In this document: positions 19,963 to 30,265 of the stretch, piece by piece
How the letters are laid out: the number at the start of each line of letters is the position of its first letter
How positions within the stretch are numbered: position 1 is the stretch's first letter
DNA from: Candidatus Marinacidobacterales bacterium
Lineage (GTDB): Bacteria; Acidobacteriota; Vicinamibacteria; Marinacidobacterales; SMYC01
Assembly (NCBI GenBank): GCA_965224085.1
Contig: CBDCYI010000011.1
Span: forward strand, 1,637,188 to 1,701,187
Direction of reading: 5' to 3'
Length of the DNA: 64,000 bases
The notes under the pieces: generated by a model
What the model was told of the DNA's origin: nothing
The model's input: the letters and a program-made list of their open reading frames with translations, nothing else
The model's database searches: none
Made by a program: the position numbers and the translations under genes

Positions 19963-21564
19963 TCAAGGACGCAGGACCCTGCCGGCAAGCACACCTCGCC
20001 CGGTGCGCTTGCCGTTCACGACGACGTGCGCCACCCCCTCCGCCAGGTGGTGCGGGTCTTTATAAGTCGCCCGATCCTCGATGGTCTCTAGATCGAACAC
20101 GACGATGTCGGCCCACGCACCGGGACGCAGCTGTCCGCGGTCGGCGAGACCGAAAACCGTGGCGGGAAGACTGGTCATCGAGCGGATCGCGTGCGGCAGC
20201 GTAACGACGCCGCGCTCCCGCACGTAGCGTGCGATCTTCCGCGGAAACGTGCCGTAGTAACGAGGATGCGGCTTCCCTTCGCCCATCGCCACGAGCCCGC
20301 CATCCGAGCACGTCATCGTAAAGTCCTGACGCATGATGTGCGCAATGTCGTCTTCCGACATATTGAACGAAACGAGACCCGCCCCGCCTGCCTCGAGCAG
20401 CTCGAGCGCCAAGTCGATGGCCGCGACCCGGCGCTGTTCAGCCAGCTCCTGGAGCGTGCGCCCCTCGATTGAAGGATCGGCGCGGTGGCGGGACACTTGA
20501 AGTGTCTCCGGCCCGCCGCGTCGGCGCAAGTTGACGATCATTACTTCTTTCAAACGCGCGCGCTCACGCGGATTCGCGAGGCGTTGCTCCAGCGGTGACG
20601 GTTGGCCGGGCATCGTCTCCCCCGCTTGCGCCCAACGCGGCACGAGGGCTCCAGTGATGCCCGTGCCGGAAGCTTCGTACGGATATTGGTCCGCCCATAC
20701 GGACACGCCGCGGGCTCGCGCACGCTCGATCCTCAGGCAGGCCGCAACCGCTTTCCCCCAGTTGTCAGGCCCGAGCGCTTTCATATGGGTCACGATCCCG
20801 GAAACGTCGGCTTCGTCCGCAATCCGAATCACTTCTTCGACCGCGGCAAGAAGACCCACCGTGTAGTCGCTTTCGTCCCGGATATGACTCGTATAGACCC
20901 CGATGGGATGAACTTCTTTCGTAAGGGCTATGACCTCTTCGGTGCTCGCGTAGCTCCCGGGCGCGTAATAGAGCCCGCTCGACAACCCGAACGCACCCGC
21001 GGCCATCCCTTCCCGCACCATGGCCTTCATCCGCTCGAGCTCCTCGTCCGTGGGTGGACGGTCCTCGAGCCCCATGACCTCGCGGCGCAAGCGACCGTGG
21101 CCCACCATCAACGCGGCATTGACGCCGATCCCTTGCGCTTCGTAGGTCGCACGTTGCTCGGAAAGCGGCCAAGGACCACCGCCGTCGGGATTCAACACGA
21201 CGGTCGTGACACCTTGGGCGAGAATGGGGGCCGCATCTTTGAGCTCCTCGCTCGAGAGCCCGCCGGCCGCATGCGAGTGCACGTCGATGAAGCCGGGCGC
21301 GACGTAGAGTCCAGTGGCATCGATGACGGTTTCGGCCGTCCCATCGTGGAGTCGTCCCATCTCCACGATGCGTCCGTCCCGGATCCCGATATCCGCCGCG
21401 TACCAAGGGTTGCCGGTTCCGTCGAGAACGCGGCCGCTTTTAATTAGAATGTCGTAGGCATCGGCGCCGGCGCCCATTGAGGCTAACGCGCCCGTTGTAG
21501 CTATGGCGGCCATGACGACCATGGCAGCCAACGTCAAGCCGAATAGGAGGATCGCCCGGCGCAT
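19963..21564 (-). CDS. Secreted N-acyl-D-amino-acid deacylase (D-aminoacylase)
   Basis: PGFIDVHSH, GLYYAPG, SHIRDE, HPRYYGTFPR; start chosen at MRRAILL. Confidence 0.88.
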   Translation of the reverse strand: MRRAILLFGLTLAAMVVMAAIATTGALASMGAGADAYDILIKSGRVLDGTGNPWYAADIGIRDGRIVEMGRLHDGTAETVIDATGLYVAPGFIDVHSHAAGGLSSEELKDAAPILAQGVTTVVLNPDGGGPWPLSEQRATYEAQGIGVNAALMVGHGRLRREVMGLEDRPPTDEELERMKAMVREGMAAGAFGLSSGLYYAPGSYASTEEVIALTKEVHPIGVYTSHIRDESDYTVGLLAAVEEVIRIADEADVSGIVTHMKALGPDNWGKAVAACLRIERARARGVSVWADQYPYEASGTGITGALVPRWAQAGETMPGQPSPLEQRLANPRERARLKEVMIVNLRRRGGPETLQVSRHRADPSIEGRTLQELAEQRRVAAIDLALELLEAGGAGLVSFNMSEDDIAHIMRQDFTMTCSDGGLVAMGEGKPHPRYYGTFPRKIARYVRERGVVTLPHAIRSMTSLPATVFGLADRGQLRPGAWADIVVFDLETIEDRATYKDPHHLAEGVAHVVVNGKRTGRGVLAGRVLRP

Positions 21565-21702
21565 CGGCCCAAGCCTATCACCGATTTCGGCGAGACGTGT
21601 CTGCATCTGCTCCATCGAAATCACTTGCTGATATGAACCGGCGCCAGGAAGGGTACGCGTTTGAGGGCGGTTTCATCGTGGTCCCAAGCTATCCGGATCG
21701 GC

Positions 21703-22089
21703 CTAAGCTTCGGTCTTGGCTTCTATCGGACCGCCTTCGTCCACCCGCTCTTCGCCCATTTTGCCGGTGTTATCCCAGCACATGTGGCGTCCCGCCTCTT
21801 CCTTCCATTTCTTCCGCTCTTCCGGGCTCATCTTCGCTACCTTGGATTCCCAGCGCTCGCGCCAATGCCCGCGCCGGCGCCAGCCGAAGCCGTGCCTGCC
21901 CCTGCCACCCACCAGAATGCGGGCCAGAATCAAAAGGCCCAGCGCCTGTATCCAGGTGATTCGCCCTACGTCAAAGATCGTGGGGATCAGGGCATTCCAG
22001 AGAAGCATCACCGCGACGCCAGCAAGCAGGACCAACCCCACGAAGAGGATTATCATTTTCGCGACTTTGAACAACCAGTATCGTTTCAT
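21703..22089 (-). CDS. Small membrane protein downstream of the ECF sigma factor
   Basis: VMLLWNALIP.IF...I.W.QALGLLILARIL, charged C-terminal tail. Confidence 0.8.
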   Translation of the reverse strand: MKRYWLFKVAKMIILFVGLVLLAGVAVMLLWNALIPTIFDVGRITWIQALGLLILARILVGGRGRHGFGWRRRGHWRERWESKVAKMSPEERKKWKEEAGRHMCWDNTGKMGEERVDEGGPIEAKTEA

Positions 22090-22102
22090 TTTTTCTCCTG
22101 TT

Positions 22103-22675
22103 TCAGATTACTTCGTACAAGGACTTCAGACGCGCGCGGAGTGAGCGCAGCGCATAGTGCTTCCGCAGGCGCAACGCATTCTCCGTATCGCCCGTGAGCT
22201 CCGACATGTCCGTGAAGCTCATCCCCTCGAATTCGTGCCAGATGAAAACATCTCGTTGCGGCTGAGGCAGTTCTTCCACGGCAATTTCGATTTCGTTCCA
22301 GATGACGTCGCGGATGTACAGCTCCTCTGGGCTTTCCGACAAGTCCGCAAGGATATCTTGGAGGTTCATTTCCGTTCCGTCTTCGCGCTCCGCTTTCGTT
22401 TGGAGCATGGCTTCGGGCTTCTTGCTGCGGTAAGTGTCCGCGATCTTATTGCGCGCCACTTGGAACAACCAAGAGGTCACACGTTCGATCGTTTCCAATC
22501 TCCGATACGCGTGGATCAGCTGCCAAAAGACGTCCTGCAGAATGTCCTGGGCGTCGTCGTCGTGGCGCACCCGTTTCCGGATGAAGTTGAAGAGTCGGCC
22601 GCGTTCCTGCCGGACCGTCCTTTCAATCTCGGCATTTTGCTGTTCGGCCATCGTGTCACTGACTACGGCGTCCAT
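22103..22675 (-). CDS. ECF RNA polymerase sigma factor
   Basis: DAQDILQDVF, WLFQVARNKIAD, region 4 LPQPQRDVF...EGMSF. Confidence 0.9.
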   Translation of the reverse strand: MDAVVSDTMAEQQNAEIERTVRQERGRLFNFIRKRVRHDDDAQDILQDVFWQLIHAYRRLETIERVTSWLFQVARNKIADTYRSKKPEAMLQTKAEREDGTEMNLQDILADLSESPEELYIRDVIWNEIEIAVEELPQPQRDVFIWHEFEGMSFTDMSELTGDTENALRLRKHYALRSLRARLKSLYEVI

Positions 22676-22938
22676 CTAACCTGTAGTCGGTCTGGGAGGG
22701 AAAATATTTCGAGGAAAGTGACTTTTTGGGGGAATAAGCGGAAGCTGTGTCATTGGTCACACGGGGCCGAGCCTAAATTGAAGCACTCACCGACAACTGC
22801 TTTCGTCACTAAAGTGGTTCAGCGCTAACACCGTCGGCCCCCGCGTCACCCATCAGTGCGTCGGATGGCAGTTGAGCGTCACGAAGTATAGTCCCAATCC
22901 TGGACGTACGCCGATTTCGGCTATACTGCAATGTACAG

Positions 22939-23667
22939 ATGCGAAATGTCGTCATAATTCCAGCTTTGGACGAAGAGAAATCGATAGCCAAAGTACTTGC
23001 TGAGATCCCGAGGGATTTGATCGCAGAAGTGTTCGTCGTCGATAACGGCAGCCGCGATCGTACCGCGGAAGTCGCTCGGCAAGCCGGTGCGACGGTGCTC
23101 TACGAGCCTCGCGCAGGCTATGGCCAAGCCTGCCTGACCGGGATCGCCGCTCTTGCACAAAACCCTCCCGACGTCGTCGTTTTCGTCGACGGCGATTACA
23201 GTGACCGCCCGTCGGAAATGACGGGGCTCGTTGAGCCTATTCTCGATGGCACGGCGGATTTCGTCATCGGCTCGCGTATTCTCGGAAAGCGGGAGCTGGG
23301 CGCTCTCGCACCACAGGCACGATGGGGTAATTGGCTCGCAACGTGGATGATCCGCGTTCTCTACAACACCACGTTTACCGATCTCGGACCGTTTCGAGCC
23401 ATTCGCTATGACAAATTGAAGTCGCTGAACATGTGCGATCGCGACTACGGTTGGACCGCGGAGATGCAAGCCAAGGCCGCCCGCGTGGGCGTCCGGACGA
23501 AGGAAGTTCCCGTCAGCTACCATCGCCGCATCGGGCGATCGAAAATTACCGGCACGGTCAAGGGCACCGTCCTTGCCGGGTGGAAAATCATAACGACTAT
23601 TCTGAAGTTCCGATTTACCCGTCCGCCCAACATGGCGCGGGCAGAATCGAAAATCCCCCTCGGCTGA
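22939..23667 (+). CDS. GT2 glycosyltransferase (DPM-synthase-like)
   Basis: IIPALDEE, VVDNGS.D.T, FVDGDYSD, TDLGPFRAI. Confidence 0.9.
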   Translation: MRNVVIIPALDEEKSIAKVLAEIPRDLIAEVFVVDNGSRDRTAEVARQAGATVLYEPRAGYGQACLTGIAALAQNPPDVVVFVDGDYSDRPSEMTGLVEPILDGTADFVIGSRILGKRELGALAPQARWGNWLATWMIRVLYNTTFTDLGPFRAIRYDKLKSLNMCDRDYGWTAEMQAKAARVGVRTKEVPVSYHRRIGRSKITGTVKGTVLAGWKIITTILKFRFTRPPNMARAESKIPLG

Positions 23668-23669
23668 AT

Positions 23670-25093
23670 ATGCGGAAAACAAAAATCGTCGCGACTCTGG
23701 GCCCGGCCTCTTCCTCGCCAGACATGGTGGAAAAGCTCGTCGACGCCGGCGTGGATGTTGCCCGTCTCAATTTCTCCCACGGCACGCACGAGGAGCACGA
23801 GCGTAATATCGAAACCGTTCACGCGATCAGCGAGCGCGTCCACCGCCCGGTAGCTTGTCTTCAGGATTTGTCGGGTCCGAAGATCCGTACCGGCAAAATC
23901 GCTGCGGAAGGCGGCGTGCAGCTCGAAGACGGCGCGCGTTTTGTGCTGACGACCGACGACGTGCCCGGTGATGCGGATCGGGTCTCGACAAACTACAAGC
24001 AGCTCCCTCGCGACCTCAAGAAAGGCGACCGCATCGTTGTCGACGACGGCCGCATCGCGCTCGCCGTTCAGAAGGTCGAAGGTGAAGAGATCGAGACCGA
24101 AGTCGTCAACGGCGGCATCCTGAAATCGAACAAAGGCATCAATCTGCCCGGAGTCTTCATCTCGACGCCCGCGCTCACGGACAAAGATCGACGCGACGTC
24201 GTCCACGGCCTGAAGCTCGACGTCGACTTCATGGCGATGTCCTTTGTCCAACGCAAGGGAGATATCGAACAGCTTCGCGCTCTTCTGCGCGAGAGCGGGC
24301 GCGAAGATCTCCAGATCATCGCCAAGATCGAGCGGCCGAAAGCCGTAGAGAATCTGTTCGAAATCCTGTCCGTGGCGGATGGCGTCATGGTTGCACGCGG
24401 GGATCTCGGCGTGGAGCTGGCTCCAGAGCAGGTGCCCACGATCCAAAAAAAATCATCCTCGAAGCGAACCAGCGAGGTCGGACGGTGATCACGGCCACCC
24501 AAATGCTCGAGTCCATGGTTCACGAATCCGTCCCGACGCGGGCCGAAGCCTCGGACGTCGCCAACGCGATTCTGGATGGGACCGATGCGCTCATGCTCTC
24601 GGCGGAAACGGCGAGCGGTGCGCACCCGGTCGAGGCGGTCGAGACCATGGCGCGCATAGCCGAACACACCGAAGCGCACATGGGCAACTCGCCCACCCGG
24701 CGCCGCACGGCGGATTTCCCACTCATGGACGGCTCTCCCGTCACACGCGCGGTCGCGCTCGCGGCACGGCGCGCCGCGGAGGAGCTCAACGCAAAATATA
24801 TCGTCGCGTTCACCGAGTCCGGCTCGACTGTCCGGCTCGTGAGCTACTCGCGACCGAAGAACCACATTCTCGGCTTTACGCCTTCAGAGCGCGTCTATCG
24901 ACGGCTCGCGCTGCGGTGGGGTGTGACGCCGTTGCACGGCGAGCGTTTCGACACCACCGACGCTATGCTCGAGGTCGCGATGAAATTCCTCAAGCGAAAA
25001 GGTTTCGTCGAAGAAGGCAACGTCGTGGTCACCGTGTGCGGACACACGACGCTCCCCGGCGCCACCAACATGATGAAGGTGTTGAAGTTCTGA
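23670..25093 (+). pseudogene. pyk: Pyruvate kinase with a 1-nt frameshift in an A8 run (24445-24452)
   Basis: RKTKIVATLGP, IIAKIE, MVARGDLG; one more A gives IQKKIILEANQRGRTVITATQMLESM. Confidence 0.9.
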
Positions 25094-25102
25094 CGATCGC
25101 TC

Positions 25103-27370
25103 TTGGCAAAGAAGAGACGTAAGAAAAAAACGCGGAAATATTCGAAGCGCCGCGTTCGTGTCGTTGTCGCGCTCTTGAGCTCCTCCGCGATCCTTCTCTT
25201 CGCCGCGGCCGTCGTCCTCATCTACCATACGCTCAAATTCACCGCGCTCGTCGACGCAAGGCTCCAAAAGGAAGAAAGCCAACGGGAGGCCTGGGTTTAC
25301 GCGAGGCCTTTCGAGCTCCGCGACGGCCAGAGGCTCACTCGAGACGAGCTCGTCACTCTCTTGAACGACTTGGGATATGCGGAAAGGAGCGCGCTCGCGG
25401 ACGAGCCCGCGACGTTCAGCATCTCTGGCGAGGACGACGTTCATATCTTTCGGCGCGGCGAGTTTCGCGTCCCGGTCTCCGTGAGCTTCGACGAATACTG
25501 GGTCTCGGCCATCCACGAGCTTCGCGGCAAAAGCCAACTGGACCGTGTCTCATTCGGCAGCGTCCCTGTGACAACACTCTTTGGAGCCGATCGTGCAAAG
25601 AGCCGTTGGGTGTTTCTCGAGGAAATCCCGGAGCACGTAACCCAAGCAGTTTTGGCCACGGAAGACCAGCGCTTTTACTCCCATACAGGCTTAGACCCGC
25701 TCGGGATTGCACGCGCTCTCGTTGCAGACCTCATGAGCGGCGAGCTCCGTCAAGGCGGCAGCACGCTCACCCAACAGTTGGTCAAGAACTACTTCTTGAC
25801 GCCGGAGCGCACGTGGCGCCGCAAAATCCTCGAGGCCTACCTCTCCGTCATCCTAGAGAGCCGGGCGGAAAAGGACGACATCCTGGAGCTCTATCTCAAC
25901 GACGTCTATTTCGGCCAGCGCGGCTCGTTCGGCATCAACGGTGTGGAGCAGGCGTCTCACATTTTTTTTGGGAAGAGTGTTAAAAACCTCACGGTCTCCC
26001 AGGGCGCGCTTCTCGCCGCCGTCATCCGCTCGCCCAACGCAAGCTCCCCTTTCCGCTATCCGAGCGAGAGTCGAGAGCGCCGCGACATCGTCATCAAGCA
26101 GATGGTCCGCTCGGGTTTCCTCGACGACACCCAGGGCGCTGAGGCAGCGTCTCAACGGCTAGGGCTCGTCGAAGGCACCGTGGATCGTGGCGAGGCGCCG
26201 TATTTCGTCGACACGCTCCGAAGAGAGCTCTTGGCGAGCCACGACGCGAATCAGCTTCAGACGCGAGGCCTCGTCATCCGATCGACGATGGATCGACATC
26301 TGCAAAACGCAGCGCAGAAAGCGGTCGTCGACGGACTGGAAGAAGTCCGCGCCAAGCTCCCAAAAAGTGCGAAAGAGCTCCCTCAAGCCGCACTCGTCGC
26401 ACTCGTTCCATCGACCGGCGATGTCGTTGCGCTCGTCGGCGCAAAGAGCTATGGCACGAGCCAGTTCAACCGCGCGGTCGACGCGCACCGCCAGCCGGGA
26501 AGCGCCTTCAAGCCGTTCGTCTATCTGGCGGCTTTCGAGAGCAACCCAGCACGATTACCGACGACGATGGTCGTCGACGAGCCGACGACGTTTCGACAGC
26601 GCGGCAGGAGCTGGACGCCTCAGAACTATAACCGCCGTTTCGAAGGACGCGTGAGCTATCGCCGCGCGCTCGCTCTGTCTTTGAACGTCGCCACAGCGCG
26701 CGTGGGCCAGGATACCGGTTTCGAGAACGTCGTCGACTTGTGGGAGTCGATGGGGATGTCGAGTCGTCTCGAGCCCTATCCCTCACTCGTTCTGGGATCG
26801 TTCGAGGTCTCCCCCATCGAGCTGGCCACCGCTTATGCCGTTCTCGCCAATGGCGGTCACCGGGTCGAGCCGCGTTTTTTCACAGCGCTCGAAGATGCCG
26901 GTGGCGTTGTCGAAGAGCGTCCCGTGTCTTCCGAGCGTGTCGCCTCCCCGGAGAGCACTTTTCTGGTGACGGACATGCTCCGAAGTGTGATCAGCTTTGG
27001 CACCGCGCGCGAGATCCGGGCGCGCGCCTTTCAGGCACCGGCGGCGGGCAAGACAGGAACGACGAACGACACCCGCGACGCTTGGTTCGTCGGCTATACG
27101 CCGGACCTTCTCACCGCTGTTTGGGTTGGCTACGACGACAATCGACCGCTCGGATTTTCGGGCTCCCAAGCCGCGCTTCCCATCTGGACGCGCTTCATGA
27201 AAGTCGCCGTCTCGGGCAAAGACCAGGCCCGCTTCTCGCCCCCAAGCGGCATCGTCTTCGCCGACATCGATCCTGCGACCGGCAAGCGCGCCGGGCCGTC
27301 CTGCCCGTCACGTCAGCGAGAAGCGTTTAGGAAAACGGCGGTTCCGATGGAGCTCTGCCCGCTGCATTGA
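25103..27370 (+). CDS. mrcB: Bifunctional penicillin-binding protein 1B
   Basis: TM, UB2H-like insert, EDQRF, GGSTLTQQLVKN, SAFK, SLN, KTGT. Confidence 0.9.
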   Translation: MAKKRRKKKTRKYSKRRVRVVVALLSSSAILLFAAAVVLIYHTLKFTALVDARLQKEESQREAWVYARPFELRDGQRLTRDELVTLLNDLGYAERSALADEPATFSISGEDDVHIFRRGEFRVPVSVSFDEYWVSAIHELRGKSQLDRVSFGSVPVTTLFGADRAKSRWVFLEEIPEHVTQAVLATEDQRFYSHTGLDPLGIARALVADLMSGELRQGGSTLTQQLVKNYFLTPERTWRRKILEAYLSVILESRAEKDDILELYLNDVYFGQRGSFGINGVEQASHIFFGKSVKNLTVSQGALLAAVIRSPNASSPFRYPSESRERRDIVIKQMVRSGFLDDTQGAEAASQRLGLVEGTVDRGEAPYFVDTLRRELLASHDANQLQTRGLVIRSTMDRHLQNAAQKAVVDGLEEVRAKLPKSAKELPQAALVALVPSTGDVVALVGAKSYGTSQFNRAVDAHRQPGSAFKPFVYLAAFESNPARLPTTMVVDEPTTFRQRGRSWTPQNYNRRFEGRVSYRRALALSLNVATARVGQDTGFENVVDLWESMGMSSRLEPYPSLVLGSFEVSPIELATAYAVLANGGHRVEPRFFTALEDAGGVVEERPVSSERVASPESTFLVTDMLRSVISFGTAREIRARAFQAPAAGKTGTTNDTRDAWFVGYTPDLLTAVWVGYDDNRPLGFSGSQAALPIWTRFMKVAVSGKDQARFSPPSGIVFADIDPATGKRAGPSCPSRQREAFRKTAVPMELCPLH

Positions 27371-27372
27371 AG

Positions 27373-27625
27373 TCACTCCTCCACGTAACAAGGATATTCG
27401 GACTGAGCGCGGGCGACGAAGTCGGTGTCGATCTCGTGAAACACGACCGGCGTCGTCGCCGACGTCTGCGCGACCAAATCGCCGTAGGGACCGACCACCC
27501 AACCGCGGCCGCCGAAGAGCTGGCCGCTCGAGTCCGTCCCGGTACGATTCGAGGTGAGCACGTAGCATCCGGACACCATGGCCGCCATCCGCATGGCGAC
27601 GAGCCAGCGCGGAAGCGACGCCATC
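27373..27625 (-). pseudogene. Carbon-nitrogen hydrolase C-terminal fragment
   Basis: RWLVAMRMAAMVSGCYVLTSNRTG...FGGRGWVVGPYG...YPCYV. Confidence 0.7.
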
Positions 27626-27639
27626 CCCACGAAAGCTTC

Positions 27640-27778
27640 GTTCACCGACACCACCATCGTCGCCTCGCTCGCCGCAGGCTCCGACCACATCGACCATGTA
27701 AACGCGCAACTGCCCTACGCTCTGCTGGTTGCGGCGGTGAGCGTCGTTCTGTACACCGTCGCGGCCATCCTGCTCTGA
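27640..27778 (+). pseudogene. NhaC-family antiporter C-terminal fragment
   Basis: DTTIVASLAAGSDHIDHVNAQLPYAL. Confidence 0.75.
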
Positions 27779-27897
27779 AACCACTGCGGGGAAGCCGCTA
27801 CGGGGGAGCGCAGGGCAATCACCCATGTGCCAGATCACGGCGACTTATCGAAAAGTACGCGATCCTGTCCGTACGATGACTACCGAGCTGGATTTAG

Positions 27898-28530
27898 TCC
27901 GCTAATAAACCCGCCGCCTCTGGCGGCGTGACCCGAAGAGCATCGAGCGATCCGGCGTGTGCTAGGTTCCCCCTCCGGGAAGACCCTGTGGGGCCTCCGA
28001 AAGGAGAACCTGCATGCACGAATGGAAAAGCCTGTCGCATGTGCGATGGGAATGCAAGTACCACGTGGTGATCATCCCCAAGTATCGTAGAAGGGTGTTA
28101 TATGGGGACCTTCGGCGTCGCGTGGGGCGAATTCTTCGAGAGCTTTGTGAGCAGAGAGGAGTAGAACTGATAGAAGGCAACGCGCAACCGGACCACATCC
28201 ACCTGTGTATGAGCATCCCTCCCAAGTACAGCGTATCTCACACGATCGGTTTTCTGAAAGGGAAGAGTGCGGTACGCATCCACCGAGAATTGCTGAAAGA
28301 ACGTCGTATGACGGGCTTGCATTTTTGGGCGAAGGGGTACTGTGTGAGTACGGTTGGCCTTGACGAGGAGCGAATAAGAAAGTACATCCGGGAGCAAGAA
28401 AAGCTTGAGTCTCGCCAAGGTGATCTCGACCTGAGTTAACGAGAGACGGCCCCAACGGGGCCTTCCCAACGTCATCGGCCCCCTCGGGGGGGCCTTCCTA
28501 AACCCACGCCCTATGGGCGTGGTCGGTTAG
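27898..28530 (+). mobile_element. 633-bp IS200/IS605-family element (tnpA only)
   Basis: Follows TTAG; hairpins CGCCGCCTCTGGCGGCG and CCACGCCCTATGGGCGTGG; ends GGTTAG; removal restores MTTELDL|VQEY. Confidence 0.85.
28014..28439 (+). CDS. tnpA: IS200/IS605 Y1 transposase
   Basis: CKYHVVIIPKYRR, PDHIH, LKGKSA, FWAKGY, KYIREQ. Confidence 0.95.
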   Translation: MHEWKSLSHVRWECKYHVVIIPKYRRRVLYGDLRRRVGRILRELCEQRGVELIEGNAQPDHIHLCMSIPPKYSVSHTIGFLKGKSAVRIHRELLKERRMTGLHFWAKGYCVSTVGLDEERIRKYIREQEKLESRQGDLDLS

Positions 28531-29105
28531 TGCAAGAGTATACGAATTTGAACCAGGCGAAAATCGAATCCTGGGGAAGTCTCGATGCGGCCTACGAGCA
28601 GAGGTGGCGGGAGCTGAAAGGTTTCTACGACAACCTCTTGGCGTCGCGCTTGGAAACCAGAGTGCCGAGCACGCATCGGTTCCCCCGTGGTGAGCTCGAA
28701 TGCCGTCTCCCCCACCGTGCAAGCCTCCGGGTTCCCGTAGAAATGGGACTCTTCTTTTGTCACGGCGACACCTACGCGCCCGCAAATCTCGAAAACCTCA
28801 GTCAGGGCGGGCTCTTCGTAACGTCGGACGTCGCGATGTCTACCGGGGATATGTTGACGCTCTACATGCCGAACCTCGGAGGTGGGTACGAGCAGCTTTT
28901 CGAGACGCCCGTCGACGTCGTGTGGACGTCGGCCCAGAACGAGAACCCGCGCGGCATGGGGCTCCGGTTTCTCAACCTCGACGAACCGACGCGAGAGCAG
29001 CGCGACCACTTTATCATGAGCTTTCTGCGGAACCGGCTGTCGAAGGCAAACGCGGTGACCAAGCGCCCGAGCGCAAACCACACGCGGAAAGCTCGCCACA
29101 ATTAG
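28530..29105 (+). CDS. PilZ-like domain protein; first 7 codons (ATG 27876) cut off by the IS
   Basis: R.PHRASL, NLSQGGLFV, VVW, GMGLRF. Confidence 0.75.
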   Translation: MQEYTNLNQAKIESWGSLDAAYEQRWRELKGFYDNLLASRLETRVPSTHRFPRGELECRLPHRASLRVPVEMGLFFCHGDTYAPANLENLSQGGLFVTSDVAMSTGDMLTLYMPNLGGGYEQLFETPVDVVWTSAQNENPRGMGLRFLNLDEPTREQRDHFIMSFLRNRLSKANAVTKRPSANHTRKARHN

Positions 29106-29107
29106 CT

Positions 29108-29330
29108 TCAGAAAAGAGCCGTCGGGTTCACGGGATTTCCCGTCCCTCGCTCGACGCGCAAGGGCTGGACCGAGAGCATGAACGCGTAACGCTTCTCCGC
29201 CGTCGCCGCCACCGCCAGATCGCCAAGGTGAGCGTTATCGAGCAGAGCCGCGCCGTAGCTGAAGATGACGCCGTGAACGGGGACCTGGCTCTTGTATGCG
29301 TCCGACGAGACTTCCATGAAATCCCAACTC
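29108..29330 (-). pseudogene. Cyclase-family (kynurenine formamidase-like) C-terminal fragment
   Basis: PVH...G..LLDNA.L.DLA...RY.FML...PL...GTG.PVNP.ALF. Confidence 0.7.
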
Positions 29331-29393
29331 CCCGTCCGGCGAAAACCTCGTCGCCTTGAAATAGTCCTGTTCATCGAGAAGGGCCGAAGGCGG

Positions 29394-29399
29394 TATAAT
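29394..29399 (+). promoter_or_regulatory. -10 box of the vapBC operon
   Basis: TATAAT about 10 nt before the ATG. Confidence 0.5.
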
Positions 29400-29408
29400 G
29401 GTGACATC

Positions 29409-29666
29409 ATGATGGCACGAACGCAGATTACTCTCAACCCGGAAACACGGCGTCGCGCGCGCGAGCGTGCTGCCGATCTCGGGATCTCGTTTGCAGAGTA
29501 CGTCCGCACACTCGTCGAACGGGACCTCGAGCGTCCGGCTCGCAACGCCGACCCCTCCGTTGTTTTCGACCTCGGCCGTTCGAAGGGCTCCGACGTCGCG
29601 AAGGACAGGGATGCGATGCTAGGCGCGGCCGTCGATGCAGAGCGTAGCCGAAAGAGCTCCAAGTGA
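29409..29666 (+). CDS. vapB: RHH/CopG-type antitoxin
   Basis: MARTQITL...A.RAA.LGISFAEYVR; GTGA overlap with the toxin. Confidence 0.8.
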   Translation: MMARTQITLNPETRRRARERAADLGISFAEYVRTLVERDLERPARNADPSVVFDLGRSKGSDVAKDRDAMLGAAVDAERSRKSSK

Positions 29667-30076
29667 GCCTCTTCGTCGACACCTCGGTCTGGTACGCCGC
29701 CGCAGACTCCGGCGATAGGAGCAACGAGCGGGCGAAGACGCTTCTTTCTCCCGCCGGGTCGCTTCTCACCACCGATCACATTCTCGTCGAGACATGGCTT
29801 CTCCTGCGTCACCGTCTACACCGCGGCGCGGCAGAGAGATTCTGGGAAGGACTTCGGGGTGGCGTCGCCGTGATCGAGCCAGTCAACGGAGCGGATCTAG
29901 AGTCCGCATGGGCAATCGGGTTGGACTTTCCCGATCAGGATTTCTCCATCGCCGACCGAACCAGCTTCGCCGTTATGCTCAGATTGGGCATCCACCGCGC
30001 CGCGGCGCTCGACGACGACTATGCTGTGTTTCGCTTCGGCAAGAACAAGAACCGGGCGTTCGAGATCGTTCGTTGA
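29663..30076 (+). CDS. vapC: PIN-domain toxin
   Basis: FVDTS, ILVET, SIADRTSF, LDDDY. Confidence 0.9.
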   Translation: MSLFVDTSVWYAAADSGDRSNERAKTLLSPAGSLLTTDHILVETWLLLRHRLHRGAAERFWEGLRGGVAVIEPVNGADLESAWAIGLDFPDQDFSIADRTSFAVMLRLGIHRAAALDDDYAVFRFGKNKNRAFEIVR

Positions 30077-30265
30077 GCGAGTCGACTTCTATTTGCTGAG
30101 CGATCTTGATGGCGGCGAGCGGCGCGTTCGGCCTCCTCACCGCAGGCGCTGTTATCGCGATCGCATCGACTCTTCTTCCGTCCCTTCCTACTTATCGAGG
30201 ACCAATTCCCCCTAGACGGAAGTGCGAGCAGGGACCAAAGAACAGGCCAGACCGTTCGAGCAACG

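Noticed and set aside
14537-28530. TnpB/IscB or omega-RNA associated with the IS200 elements
   Set aside because: Both elements close at 540 and 633 bp with tnpA only, leaving no room for a nuclease gene
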